Origin: Octopus sinensis
Lineage: Eukaryota
Assembly (NCBI RefSeq): GCF_006345805.1
Contig: NC_043001.1
Location: 38,750,001-38,814,000 of the forward strand
DNA length: 64,000 nt
Direction: 5' to 3'
The position numbers and the translations under genes were made by a program. The notes beneath the pieces were generated by a model. It searched no databases and had not been told where the DNA came from. It saw nothing but the letters and a program-made list of their open reading frames with translations. Position 1 is the stretch's first letter; every line of letters begins with the position of its first letter. Below, piece by piece: positions 1 to 11,929 of the stretch.

Positions 1-743
1 GGAGGAAAGGCCATCCATAGTTTGACAGGTTGCTGTGGAGTGTTTCTCAAGAGGTCTTCTGGGGGTTTGAAAATGTTTCTTCAGGAGAAAATGAAAATGT
101 TCTCTCTAACAATGCATGACTTCTTCTGTGGTAAGGGTTTGGCTGTCAGCAGTTTTAAGGTACTAGTAGATGACCTGATGGGGCTGAAAATCCCTTTGGT
201 CACTGCATAAAAGTGACACGTGTCTTGTTGGTCTGTGTAGCTATGGAGTTCAGCAGACTTCACATGCCACCAGCCATTCAGGATCTCTCTGAGGTGCATT
301 TGGCACATCTGCATTTCTTGTTTGAGGGGTTTCTTATTCAAGGTGTTCATGGAATTTCTTGTTGCCATTTACAGAATATTTTTGAAAGCAATACGTGATA
401 CTCTTTTCTTATTAATCAGATGTTTGACCGCAGCATTGTTTTCAGCAAACATGTCTTTATTCCAGTGCTTTGAGTAGCTGATTATCTTGTCTGCAGCAGA
501 TGTTATAGCATCAAGCAGAGTGTTCCAATCATTTGGTGAAGGATTCCCATTCTGCCTTTGTTTTGGATGCTGGTTAACTGCTCCTTGGAAGGCTTGGGAT
601 GTTTTGGGGTCCTTCAGTTTGTGACAGTCATACCTTGGGTTGTGCTTTTGAGTATTGGGATACCAAGGTGGTGAACAGATGGAAAAGTTGAGATGTGAGA
701 TCTCAAGTTGGTGATCAGTCCAGCAAGCTATTTGTTTGTACAC
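1..743 (-). mobile_element. Degenerate RTE-clade LINE fragment (endonuclease-RT linker region)
   Basis: Minus ORFs 369-743 (CWTDHQL..., DWNTLLDAITSAADKII) and 81-368 (LREILNGWWHVKSAELHSYTDQQDTCHFYAVTKGI) resemble the RTE/BovB ORF linker; broken by frameshifts. Confidence 0.7.
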
Positions 744-1720
744 TGACCACTGAAAATACTAAATAAAATTGATAATATTTCAGGTTTTGCTTGTTATTTA
801 AATTAATATGACCATTCTGCACATAACAGTTCACTTATTTTCTAAAAATGGATTGGTGAGAGTCAACTTGGTGGTGTATTGTCTCTGTATTGGCAATCCA
901 CGTATTATTTCACTGTGATGTCTACACATCCTTATAAAAAGCAAAGTTTGTTTGTTTCTAGGTTGACCACTGAAAACACTAAATAAAATTGGCAACATTT
1001 CAGGATTTTCATATCATTTAAATTAACTGACCATTCTGCAGATAACTGTGCACTTATTTTCTGAAAACGGAATGAAAAGGGGGCAAGTAGGAGGTGTACT
1101 GGCTACTATTTCTAGCAATTCACATACAGTCTATTTCACTGTAATGCTTTTTACAGAGTGAAAAAATACCCCACCTATCATGACCACTGAAAATACTAAA
1201 TAAAATTGATAGTATTTCTGGTTTTGTGTGTCGAAGTGGTTAAGTTCCTTTCAAGTGTTGGGCCTCACGGAGGCAATGACCAAGACTTTTGGCATTATGT
1301 CGTGCTTGAGAAAAAGACCCATCAAGCCAAGCAAAATCAGTCGCAACAGATACAAGTGTCACACTAATTGGCACCTGTGCCTGAGACTCATAAACACACC
1401 CCAGTGTCATGTAAAAGCACCCATTACACACTCAGAGTGGTTGGCATTAGGAAGGGCATCCAGCTGTAGAAAACGATGCCAAATCAGACTGGAGTCTGGT
1501 GCAGCCTTCCAGCATACCAGTCCAGTCAAACCATCCAACCCATGCCAGCACGGCCAATGGATATTAAATGATGATGATGATTCCGCACATAACTGTAAAC
1601 TTATTTTCTGAAAATAGATGGGGGTGACTTGGTGGTGTATTGGCTCCTATTTCTAGCAATCTACATACTATTTCACTGTAAAAAAACAACGTTTGTTTGT
1701 TTTTACACTGACCATTGTGA
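744..1720. repeat. Diverged ~220-bp tandem repeat (three units plus the start of a fourth), third unit split by an RTE tail
   Basis: TGACCACTGAAAA(T/C)ACTAAATAAAATT at 744, 964 and 1181; unit 3 resumes at ~1582 after the inserted LINE tail. Confidence 0.8.
1226..1581 (+). mobile_element. 5'-truncated RTE LINE 3' end with (GAT)n tail
   Basis: GGCATTAGGAAGGGCATCCAGCTGTAGAAA...CCATCCAACCCATGCCAGCA...ATGATGATGATGAT, the same 3' end seen on many RT-bearing copies in this window. Confidence 0.85.
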
Positions 1721-2290
1721 ACAATAAATATAAAAAGCAAAGTTTGTTTGTTTATGTAGTGAAAAAATACATTTGTTAATATAGATATGTATATACATTA
1801 ATACCTAATACATTATTCATCATTATCTCATTTGAATTTCGTTTTCATGTATTATCAGTTTTCATGTTACATTTGATAACATCTATAAACAAGATTTTTG
1901 TCCTTGGTAGCAACTGTTATTTCCTATATATTTACCCCTAGAAAGTATAAAAAATGGCTTATATTCCTTTCAAACTTTGCTTTTGTTACATTTATTCAAA
2001 CCCCAAAGATTCCTCTCAACACAGGGCTATAATGCTCCACCACTACTCCAGCTCACAATTAGAGATGCACAGATTGTCAACCAATAACAGGCATGCTCAA
2101 GTGATAAAGATCAAGCAAATGACAAGCAAATATGTGGTATCAAGCAGATTATATGCTACAACAATATTTCTGCTTCAGCAGCTCAGCAGTAAATCAGTCA
2201 GAAGTATAATGGAAATAAGACAGTTTCAAAACATTGATGACTTGATCACAATAGCAAAGTTTGAAGGTGATGCTACTCATTCCCTTTGAT

Positions 2291-2313
2291 TTATAGATAA
2301 GAAACAACACTAA
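2291..2313 (-). CDS. Candidate terminal coding exon (V)SVVSYL* of the minus-strand host gene
   Basis: Acceptor TTTTGTTTTTCTTTGGTCAG| on minus; phase-1 reading tt agt gtt gtt tct tat cta TAA; minus-strand AATAAA at 1996-1991, about 295 nt downstream. No transcript evidence available. Confidence 0.4.
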
Positions 2314-3064
2314 CTGACCAAAGAAAAACAAAATTAATTAACATTTTGTTACAGTGTAATTTGGTCTCATTTTCATCCTATTATTATATTTAGTTTTTTT
2401 TTTTACATCAATTATATGGTATATATTCTTCAACCTGTAATTACAAACACAACCGATTTTCATTTTAATGATTTATTTAGATTTCAGTTTCATCTGAATT
2501 TACGGACATGTCATATAAACATATGTCCATTATGGACAAATGTTTAATAGTTATCTATATCTATCCTTTTAAATATCATATTATTCTAAGAATTTTACAA
2601 TATGAACTGATAAACTAAGATGTTAAAAATATTTTTCATAATTCACATCATTTTCAGGCAATAATCAACTCCAACTTACAATTTTCTATTAAAAATTTAC
2701 TCATAAACACATACATATGTATCTATATACATACATGCATATAAATATGTATGTATGTGTAGCACTTGTCACTGTGTCAAAATTATTCTATTGACCTGTG
2801 AACTGTTTTCACGAGTGCATAATATATGGATACACGTAATGCCTATAAGCATTGTGGACCCCACGTGCATGTCACTATTAGTAATGCATGCCTCATGTAT
2901 GAACTTATGCATACAAGTGTATGTCTCTCTCTCTATATATGTGTACAATGTGATGCTGGTTATAATTTAGAAATGTATATTATCATGATGTGCACAGCTA
3001 CTTCTCTAATGCCAAAGACTAATTGTTGCCTTAATAATAATAATGTCAAAGACTTCCAATTTAC

Positions 3065-3090
3065 CTGAAACCTCTACCATAGTTGCATAT
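3065..3090 (-). CDS. Candidate 26-nt microexon (YATMVEVS)
   Basis: GTTTATCTTTTGCAG|ATATGCAACTATGGTAGAGGTTTCAG|GTAAAT; the phase-2 to phase-1 reading is open and joins in frame to the candidate terminal exon. Confidence 0.4.
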
Positions 3091-3129
3091 CTGCAAAAGA
3101 TAAACAGAACCGATGGAAATTTTAATTGT

Positions 3130-4030
3130 AATCTATGTTGCAACCTGTACCTGTACCTGCTAACTCTAGGCTGAAGGACCCACTATATTCAAGCAAGCAA
3201 CCGCCAAGATCCTGATTTTGAAAACATCACAACTTCCCTCCCAGGATTCCTAGATTCACAAGCTCAGAGCTGCCACAATCAATGTGAGAACAATGAAAGG
3301 TATGTCTGGTGAGATTGTTGAAATGCTTGAGTGGAGGTATGTGGATGCAAGAGATATGATGAAAGTGAGCCTCAACTAGTCTGCTCACAAACCAAAATGG
3401 AAAAGGAGGTTATGGTAGCTCAAGTATCCTTCAAACGGGCAAAGACTTTAGAGATGTTCTTAATGAAACCTTTTGTGAGTAGGTAGAGATGGAGTCATGC
3501 AACATAGAGGACAATTGGGAGTTCTTATGGGACAATCAGATATTAGAATGTGACAGATCAAACCTGTGATTGGAGCAAGGCTTCTTTCAGACCAAGGTTG
3601 ACAAAGTGGTGAAACAGTGAGATTGATGGAGTTATAAAAGAGAAGAGACAGGCTTGGAAATAATGGAAGAGTGTGGGTAGTAAAGAAATATATCAGATAG
3701 CTAAAAGAGAAGCAAGGCATCAGGTATATCTGGCTTGGGCAGAAATAGAAAGGAAGAGTTTTGCCAATGTTTTACAGTGTGAAGATCAGAGATTTGAGGT
3801 ATTTCAGATTGTTAGACTGTGTGTTAGAGAGAAACAAGATGTTGTGGGGGAGAAGGATGTACCAACAGATAATGGTACGCTTGCTCTTAGTGATCCTGAA
3901 AAGAAAGTTATTATGAAAGACTATTAAATGTGGAGAATGAATGGAAGAAAGAGAGTCTCCGTCATGTGAACCCAACACAGGGACCATCTATCCTAGTTGA
4001 CAGTAGCATGATACATAAGGCAATTAAAGA
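3130..4030 (+). mobile_element. Degenerate RTE LINE fragments (EN start and linker)
   Basis: Relic of the TINVRTMKG.SGEIVEMLE motif at ~3275-3340; ORF 3673-3927 (YQIAKREARHQVYLA...FQIVRLCVREKQDV) matches other RTE copies. Confidence 0.75.
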
Positions 4031-4032
4031 TA

Positions 4033-5313
4033 CGAGATAGTATCAAAAAGTTCCCGGACTAGTTATATTAATAAAAAATTACTTCTTTACTTACTAAGTC
4101 TTAAGATCATCTCCTTCAAAATAGTCACCTTGTGTGCCAATACTCTTGTCCCAGCGTTCCTGCCTCTTTTGGAATCCAACCTGAAAGTTGTTTTCCATAA
4201 GTGAGTTGAGGATCTTCTGTGATTAGAAGTGTTAGAACCGTGACCATTGAGCTGCATTTTCATCTTGGGAAATAGATGGAATTCTGCAGGTGCTAAATTT
4301 GGCGAACATGGTGGGTGTGGAAATCATGTTGTTTTGGGGGAGAAACTCATGAGTGAGGAGAGCTTGGTAACAGGGTACACTGTTATGAAGAATCCAATTC
4401 TTCGCACTCCATAAATCCGGCTGCTTTCACCAAATGTCCTTCCTCAAATGTTTCAAAATATCACAGTAGAAGTTACAATTGACAGTCTGGCTCTGGAGGA
4501 TGAACCCTCAATGCACAATATCACAATTGTCAAAAAAAATGATGAGCATGTTCTTGATTGATCTGTGACTCCCTCGTGCCTTCTTCAGTCATGGAGATGA
4601 AGAGTTCTTCCACTGTGATGACTGCTGCTTTGTCTCAGGGTCAAACCTGTAGGCTCAACTCTTGTAACTGGTGATGATCCTTGACATAAAAGATGAGTCA
4701 TCAGTGGCATGCTGACGAAGATCTTGACAAACTTCAACATGATACTCTTTCTGCTCAGTAGGTGAGAGACAAACTTGGCAGAAACACACCACATGTTCAA
4801 TTCAGGTATTAGAATTGCCTGCATGGACCCATACAACAGACCAACAACATCAGCAATGTCATTCATTCCTCCGACAGTCCTCATGCACAAGCTGATGAAT
4901 TTTCTCCACTTTCCTGGGGGTGATGCTTGTTCCAGGTCTTCCAGATTGCTCAGTGTCTTTCAGGAATGTTCTTCCACTTTTGCAGTGCCTGTTCCACTCA
5001 AAATATTGTGTATGATCCATTGCTTTGTTACAAGAAGCCTGCCAGAGCTTGCTCAATGTCTCTGTAGCAGACTTGCAAAATTTCAGGTTGGCTCTTTGTT
5101 CAATTTTATGTCTGTGACAAAATTATAGACTACAGAATACACATGATCACAAAAACACAAATTTCACAACTTGTAATGTAAACACAGTGATATCATTTGA
5201 CACACTGCTTCATGAAGGCCACTACTTCACAGCTTCCATTGCACATGCAACTGTATACTGCCAACTGCTGACACACTGCAGAACTAGTCTGGGAACATTT
5301 TGATACTACCTCA
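4033..5313 (-). mobile_element. Full-length (1.28 kb) but decayed mariner transposon
   Basis: TIRs TA|CGAGATAGTATCAAAAAGTTCCCGGACTAGTT and AACTAGTCTGGGAACATTTTGATACTACCTCA|TA; minus ORF pieces with FEW..HCKSGRTFLKDTEQSGRP and VSAKFVSHLL (mariner WVPxxL region). Confidence 0.9.
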
Positions 5314-5399
5314 TATCTTACTGATGGATAAACATGTGTTTAACTGAACAGTAATTGTCCATTTTTATTATTATTGTGTGTATGTATGTGTGTGTTAAT

Positions 5400-6250
5400 G
5401 TATCATCATCCTTTTAATAGCAAATGTTCCATACTCACATGGAACTGTCGACATGAAGACAAATTTCTTATAACCAAATGCCTTTCCTAATGACAACTCT
5501 CACTTATTTCCCAGTAAGGTAATATTTCCCTATTGACCAGACATGTTTTCAAAGACGATTGGAAATAAAAGGCACTATATGCATGATAGTGTCACTCATC
5601 ACATAATGTCAAGGCAAGGAGACAGTAACATACACACATGCATACATCTAAGCATACATATGGTAGGATTCTTTCAGTTTTTACATGGCACTGGCAGCAG
5701 TAACATCACTAAGTAAGTAACTTGCAAGGCAAGACTCCTCAACTGAGAGGAGGAAGAGTATCAAAAGAAGTGGCTTTGTGCTAAGTGATAAGAGGAATAG
5801 AGGGACAGAAATAACTGCTTTGCAGTAGAGGAGATGCATGGCTACCTCAGCTGGAAAAAGAAAGGGTGAGAGAGATGATTACGTGATGGGGGGAGGAGTG
5901 CATTCAAGTTACAGGGAGGTGTAAATAAGTAATTGGATAGGGTGAGTGGATAGGTAAGTTTATGAGAATGCAAAAGAAGAGTGAAAGGTTGAGGGGAAGG
6001 GCTGTAGCAAGTGGACACAAGCAGACAGAGGAAGAGTGTGAGGAGGATATGTTGTTGGGAAGAGATTTGACGGGGACACATTTTGTGCAGGTAGGTTTGC
6101 AAAGGTGCAAAGGGAGAGTGGGAGATAGAGGGAAGGGGAATACAGTGAGTGGTGAATATGGATGGAAGGAGGGGGAGGTGTTTGGATTGTGGGGAAGAAG
6201 CTTGCCTGGAGCATAGACATAAATGACATGCCTTAATTGTCCTGATTTTA
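5400..6250 (-). mobile_element. Old RTE-type 3' end with purine/pyrimidine-rich 3'UTR tract
   Basis: CATCATC tail at ~5400, degenerate ATGCCTTTCCTAATGACAAC, followed by an AG-rich low-complexity tract. Confidence 0.5.
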
Positions 6251-6299
6251 CTTAGCTGGATGAACCTTCTCAAGCACAGCGAATCACCAACTGTTTCAC

Positions 6300-6475
6300 A
6301 GGGGTTTAGTTGATTACAATGATTCTATTACTTGACTGGTACTTACTTTATCGACCCAAAATGATGAAAGGAAAAATCACCTTCAGGTGGAATTTGAACT
6401 CAGGATGTAAAAACAAGAAATGCTGCTAAGCACTTTGCCCAGTGCAGTAATGATTGAGCCAGCTCACTGTCTTAT
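6300..6475 (-). mobile_element. tRNA-derived SINE fragment
   Basis: GACTGGTACTTACTTTATCGACCCAAAATGATGAAAGG...GGAATTTGAACTCAG (antisense B-box-like); recognised from memory as a mollusc SINE body, not searched. Confidence 0.5.
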
Positions 6476-6479
6476 ATGG

Positions 6480-7038
6480 AAATAATAATAATAATCAAAA
6501 AACAGTATGGTATTCAATGCTTTATAGGATATATAAGTATTTCAACAAAATTCTGAATTAACTATTTAACAGTTGTAGAAACATTATACAATTTTACATT
6601 TGACCTCATCAGTATCTCTCAATAAATACAACAAATTTAAAGCTCCAAGTATATACACTTTTCCCAATAATAGTAATAGTGTATAGGAGTTTTGACATCT
6701 GTGGCTGCCTAATGTTTCTACAAATGTGATATAAATACTTTGGCATTTTTCGGAAACACATGTATGTCTAATAAAGTAATGGATACTATACTGGTTTTTT
6801 AATTATTACTATTATCATCGTTGTTGTTGTTATTTGGCTTGTATTCTGCACAGTAGCCTACCCCAAGTTTGATACCCTGTATCATAATACATTGGATATT
6901 AGTGTGAAGTGTGAAACCCACAACTGAGCCTGATCTTTCGCAACATATCATACTTTACAGTGTCTTTCTTTTAATATATACTTGTGTGAACAAGCTATCT
7001 TCAAGATAGCAAGTCTTACATTGGTTTGATATCATTGT

Positions 7039-7080
<42 letters not shown>

Positions 7081-9200
7081 ATCAAAATATGCAACGAGAG
7101 GATCTAGAAGTAATGCAGTACAATCATTTCACGCAATTCCATTTAATTGAACAATACAATTATTACATCAATTTAAATGCAGAGCAATCTTCAACTGCAT
7201 AAAGACATAGAATTTAATTAAATTAAATCAGATGGACACATTAGTATAATTTTACATAAAATCTCCAAGAAGGTAAGGAGATTTACAGAGAACATGCTGT
7301 CTTCACTTCAGCTTAGAAGCTACTTAGGTATCAGGAAGAAAGACTTGTTACAGATTTTGCTTGTCACTGTTTTATGGGGTCAGTTTTAATTTATAGACTA
7401 GTTTATCAAATCTTTGTATATCTAAGGCCAAAAGAGCAAGGAGTAATGCCTGTCAGGAAGTGGGCTGAGGGAATCAACAGAAATCATAATGGGTATAGTC
7501 ATAAAAAACTATCAAGATTTATTTTGAAGCAGTATCATGAGATTTGGTAAAGGAAATCTGAAATCAAGATTTTAGCTTCCAATTAAAGGGACAGGCCGCT
7601 ATTTATAATGAAAAAGGGGAAATCTTATGTGGTACTATAGTTAATAATTTGTAACATTTTAAATAATATTTCCATATTGTATAAAGTTAAAATTTAGGGT
7701 TATTCAGAAGAATATTAAAACAAAAGGATAAAAAGATTTTTCTGAATACTTTTGAGTATATACCAAACTTTTACCACATGTCGAGTGGTTACTGTTTACA
7801 TCTCGTTCAGAGATTTATTATTGCTTGCAGACAGTTTTTCGAAATCAGTGACGGAAGTTACTAGAAAAACCCGTAAGTATTTGCAAACAGGTCTTCCTTT
7901 TCATCATAAACTGGTGATTACCGTGTGTTGACAAAAGGCAAATACTTCGAAACTGCAGTCTATGCGTATCACTTAGGCTTACGAGAGAGGGATGAACTTC
8001 CTTTGCAAATACTATAAGGGCACAGATAGTGTGCCTAAAGCCAGCAGGAGACGATGATCTCCTGGGGCTAAAAGCTACAGTAACGCCCACCCTTAGTGGT
8101 TAACCATATTGAGATGGCTATTATACTTTACGTTGTCGAGCGGTTACTGTTTACATCTCGTTCAGAGATTTATTATTGCTTTTACCACATTAGAGGGAGG
8201 AAAAGAAATTATCTCATAATAGCTTAATATTTATACATATTATATACTTAAATACTAACTTATAAGATGGTATCTATGAAGATTGATCAATTAGTATATA
8301 CTGGTATTTAATAAAGGTGTACTGAGGTAAGAGAGCATGCTAACTATATATTAATTAAATAATAATCTAAGCAGTTTATTTTAAGTAGTGAATATACCAG
8401 TATTGTTTTGTATATGCTCAGTATGAATTTATAGAGGTACAAAATTAGATTCATTTTATAAATATATAAAGGCTATTTTAAAATAATAGATAATAAAATA
8501 ATCAGGTAGGGCAGAACACCATAGAAAAGGAATAAAATAGCTTAATCACTATAAACATGATAAAGTAAATATACCTTATTAACATCAATAGAGAAGATTA
8601 AGAGAAAATGTATAATAATTTAAGCATACTAAACTAAAATTAAATCTTTATTTTTTAAGCTAGTATCAATAAAGACTGATACCTGGTATTATCTAAAGGA
8701 ATATTGATGTTATAGGACATTCTAATACCATTCTAAATTTTAAAACTAAGAAGTATATTATAAGCTTTAGAAGATATTATTCTTACTCCATACATAATAT
8801 TTATAGTTTTTTAGGGGTACTTAATTTGAAAGGCTACTTATATAAAGGCCTATATAAATACTAAGATCAGGAGGGTAGAGCACTTTTAAATAATTAGGTA
8901 GGGTAGAACACCATAGAAAAGTATATGAAATAGCTTAATCACTAAAAATCATGATGAAGTATATACACAACTTAGTAACATCAATAGAGAAGATTTATAG
9001 AAAATCTATACAATTCAAGTATTCAAAACTAAAAATTTTTTATTTACTTATTTAGCTTTTATCTCTAAAGACTGTTACCCTGTAATAATGTTGTAGGACA
9101 TGCTCACTATATACTAATTTTGAGCAAAGAGGTTTCTAATAAGTTTTAAATTTCAAGATCAATAAAGTGCTACTTTCTAAGATATTTAAAGGTACAGGTG
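6480..9200. mobile_element. Highly decayed Penelope-like/AT-rich repeat relics with an internal ~390-bp diverged duplication
   Basis: AGGTAGGG(C/T)AGAACACCATAGAAAAG...CATCAATAGAGAAGATT at ~8505 and ~8897; assignment to Penelope is tentative. Confidence 0.35.
7780..8178. mobile_element. 399-bp insertion with ~44-bp terminal direct repeats and 12-bp TSD (unclassified retroelement)
   Basis: TSD CTTTTACCACAT at 7768-7779 and 8179-8190; GTCGAG(T/C)GGTTACTGTTTACATCTCGTTCAGAGATTTATTATTG at 7780 and 8135. Confidence 0.85.
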
Positions 9201-9566
9201 ACACTATGTACATATGATACCCAAAGGTCTAATCGATTATTAATCAGGTTGCCCTTATCTTTTTGTTTTAAAATTTCATGTTTCCATAGAGCAAAGCTTA
9301 CACCCATATCTACTATTTCTATAAGGCTGTGCTCTTCTTATTATTTCCCATTTGAGGCTAAACTCAATTCCACTGTCCTTCAATTCCCAAATTTTACTGG
9401 ATAATAACGTACAAATTGCTTTATACTTAAGATTAAAGGGTGACAGGTAGTTGTATAGATGCTGTTTCATATTAACCAAATAACTCATATATATAAAATC
9501 ATTAGTTGTAGTTTTTATTGTACATTTATATATCACATTCTGGGTAAGATGTAAGCATAAAGCGAA
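9200..9566 (-). mobile_element. Penelope-like GIY-YIG endonuclease fragment
   Basis: ORF 9276-9596: LTQNVIYKCTI...LSSKIWELKDSGIEFSLKWEIIRRAQPYRNSRYGCKLC, typical of the PLE GIY-YIG C-terminus. Confidence 0.85.
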
Positions 9567-11020
9567 TTGTACTTTAATATCCACTCCAATCACCACAAAT
9601 CCACTTTTGATAACTTAATCAAGGGCATCTCAACCTGCATATCTAACCTCTCTTCCACTGAGGAAATTTTCAATAATCACGCACCATATTACACTCAAGC
9701 ACTTGCTGCTAGTGGCTTTTCCCAACAAATAGAATACATCCATAACACCAGACTCAAACAATATATATCTCAAATCACATCTCAAACACTCACCAACCAT
9801 CATAATCACAACCAACCACACACACTCATTGATGGAACCCTTGAAGGTCTTACACCTAGGCAACCTAGACCCCACACATACATTTAACACTAGGTCAAAA
9901 ACTAAAACAGCTAACAACAAAAGGATTCACCGCCTACATACATTATCCAAAAGTATAGATAGCACTTCTATATCTAAAAACTTAGATAGCACTACTCCCA
10001 GACACCCTAAAATAAGTGGCAGACGCTCCATTCTGTGGTACACACCCCCATTCTCACTTAACGGTAAGAACTTAGCTAAATCCTTCTTTAAAATACTAGA
10101 CTCTAACTTCCCTCGGCAACATAAATATTATTCTATCTTTAATAGATCCACTCTGAAACTATCTTATTCTGCCCCACCCAACTTTGAATCTATTGTAGCT
10201 TTCTCTTTACTATCAAAGCTCACATAATTACAACTCTAGTCATAAGAACACTCAACATACATACAGCTCCAGCACAGATACCCTTACATTAGACCACAAC
10301 CACAACCCAACCCATCCTACTGACACTGTCCGGAACACCACCACAATTTCTACCACTCTTACAAATAGTACAATTAATAACAACAATAGTAATAATAACA
10401 ACGACAGTAATGATAATGTTAATAATACTAATAATTTAGAATCTTCTCTGACAATATTACCTCCTCCATTCCTGAACACATTCCCCAAAATTCACTTAAT
10501 TGTAACTGCCATACTAGAATCATCTGCCTGTTACAAACCCATTGTAGAAGATATAATGTAATTTATAAATGCACTGTCCTTAATATATTACACAACTCTA
10601 CAGCCACATACATAGGATCAACCCAAAATTTTAAGCAACGATATGCTGCTCACCTCCATTCTTTTAGATATGATAAACAGTAAATCTACAGCACTCGCCA
10701 ACCACATACATCATCTCAAAAATACAAATATACCCTACTGGATTCAGGGATTCCCTACAGAGGTCAACGCTCAACCAGCAAGCTTTGCCTGAAGGTGGCA
10801 CTTCACATATTAAAGCACAACTCTCCAACACTGCTAAATAAACATAATGAGACACTAAGCACATGTAACCACCACTTTTTCGTACATTCAAATTCTTCCA
10901 CAAATCCAAATGCCTAAATGACCATACAGTATATTTCCACTATACCCCTTAGGTAATCCCAATAACCTTATGAATCTACATTTTAACTCCTAATCCCTAT
11001 CTAATTCCTCTTTTATATCA
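9567..11020 (+). mobile_element. 5'-truncated Penelope-like element (RT thumb to GIY-YIG)
   Basis: YFNIHSNHHKST...EEIFNNHAPYYTQALAASGF; RRSILWYTPPFSLN...IFNRSTLKLSYS; then CNC...NVIYKCTV...YIGSTQNFKQRY..H at ~10500-10660. Confidence 0.85.
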
Positions 11021-11029
11021 CAACCATTT

Positions 11030-11285
11030 AATTATATTCGTGTGTATATGCATGCATACATATATGCATGTGTGTGTGTATGTGCGTGTATGTATGTATG
11101 TATGCAAGGTATATATATACCTGTGTGTACAGGGGCGATAATACATAGATACATGTATGTATGGATGTACATATGTACATATACATATTAATACGTGTTG
11201 TATGCATAGGTGTTGATATGTATAAATATCTATATACATGTTTAATATATGCATGTGTATACATCTTCATATATATATATATTCT
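11030..11285. repeat. Mixed (TA)/(TG)/(TATG) microsatellite
   Basis: Direct inspection. Confidence 0.9.
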
Positions 11286-11929
11286 TCTACTACTAAGCAT
11301 AGACTTGTCCTCTAACCAACCTAACCTATATTCCCAAATTCTTCATTCCACCATTTTACTACCCCCTCTCTCTGCCCCTCACATAGGCCCTATCACTACA
11401 TACCTGACAATCCTTTACTCTTTACACTCTCATACCTCTCTCTCTCTATCATCCATCAACCGCCATTCCTTCTATCTGACACACTTTACTCTCTACCCTA
11501 TCATCTTTTTACACTCTCATATTTTTCTCTCTATCACCCCACATCCCCATTCCTACTATCAATTTATCTTGACTGACCACTAACCAGTACATTTTCCCCT
11601 CTTCATCTCTTTATTATCTCTCTCCCCACTTTTCTTTTCTTTTCTTTATTCCTCTCCTCCTGTTTTTGATTTGACCTTACAAATACATTCCCACCTTTTA
11701 AGTCACTTTAAATAAAACCCCTGATTTAGTAACAATGTGTACAAACTCTATACTTGGAGTGACCAACTTTAAATATTATTGGAACTTACTCACAAGGTAC
11801 TGGACTCTTATATGTATACCATTCTGCCTAAATAATGGATCTACAGATGCAACATCCCTACATATCTCATGTCTATTTTCATTCCTCCACTTCACTCTTT
11901 ACTTCATATCTATTGCTTAACCATTTTCT

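Noticed and set aside
1954-2289. 111-aa plus-strand ORF as a gene
   Set aside because: No recognisable motif; it lies antisense to the putative 3'UTR of the minus-strand gene.
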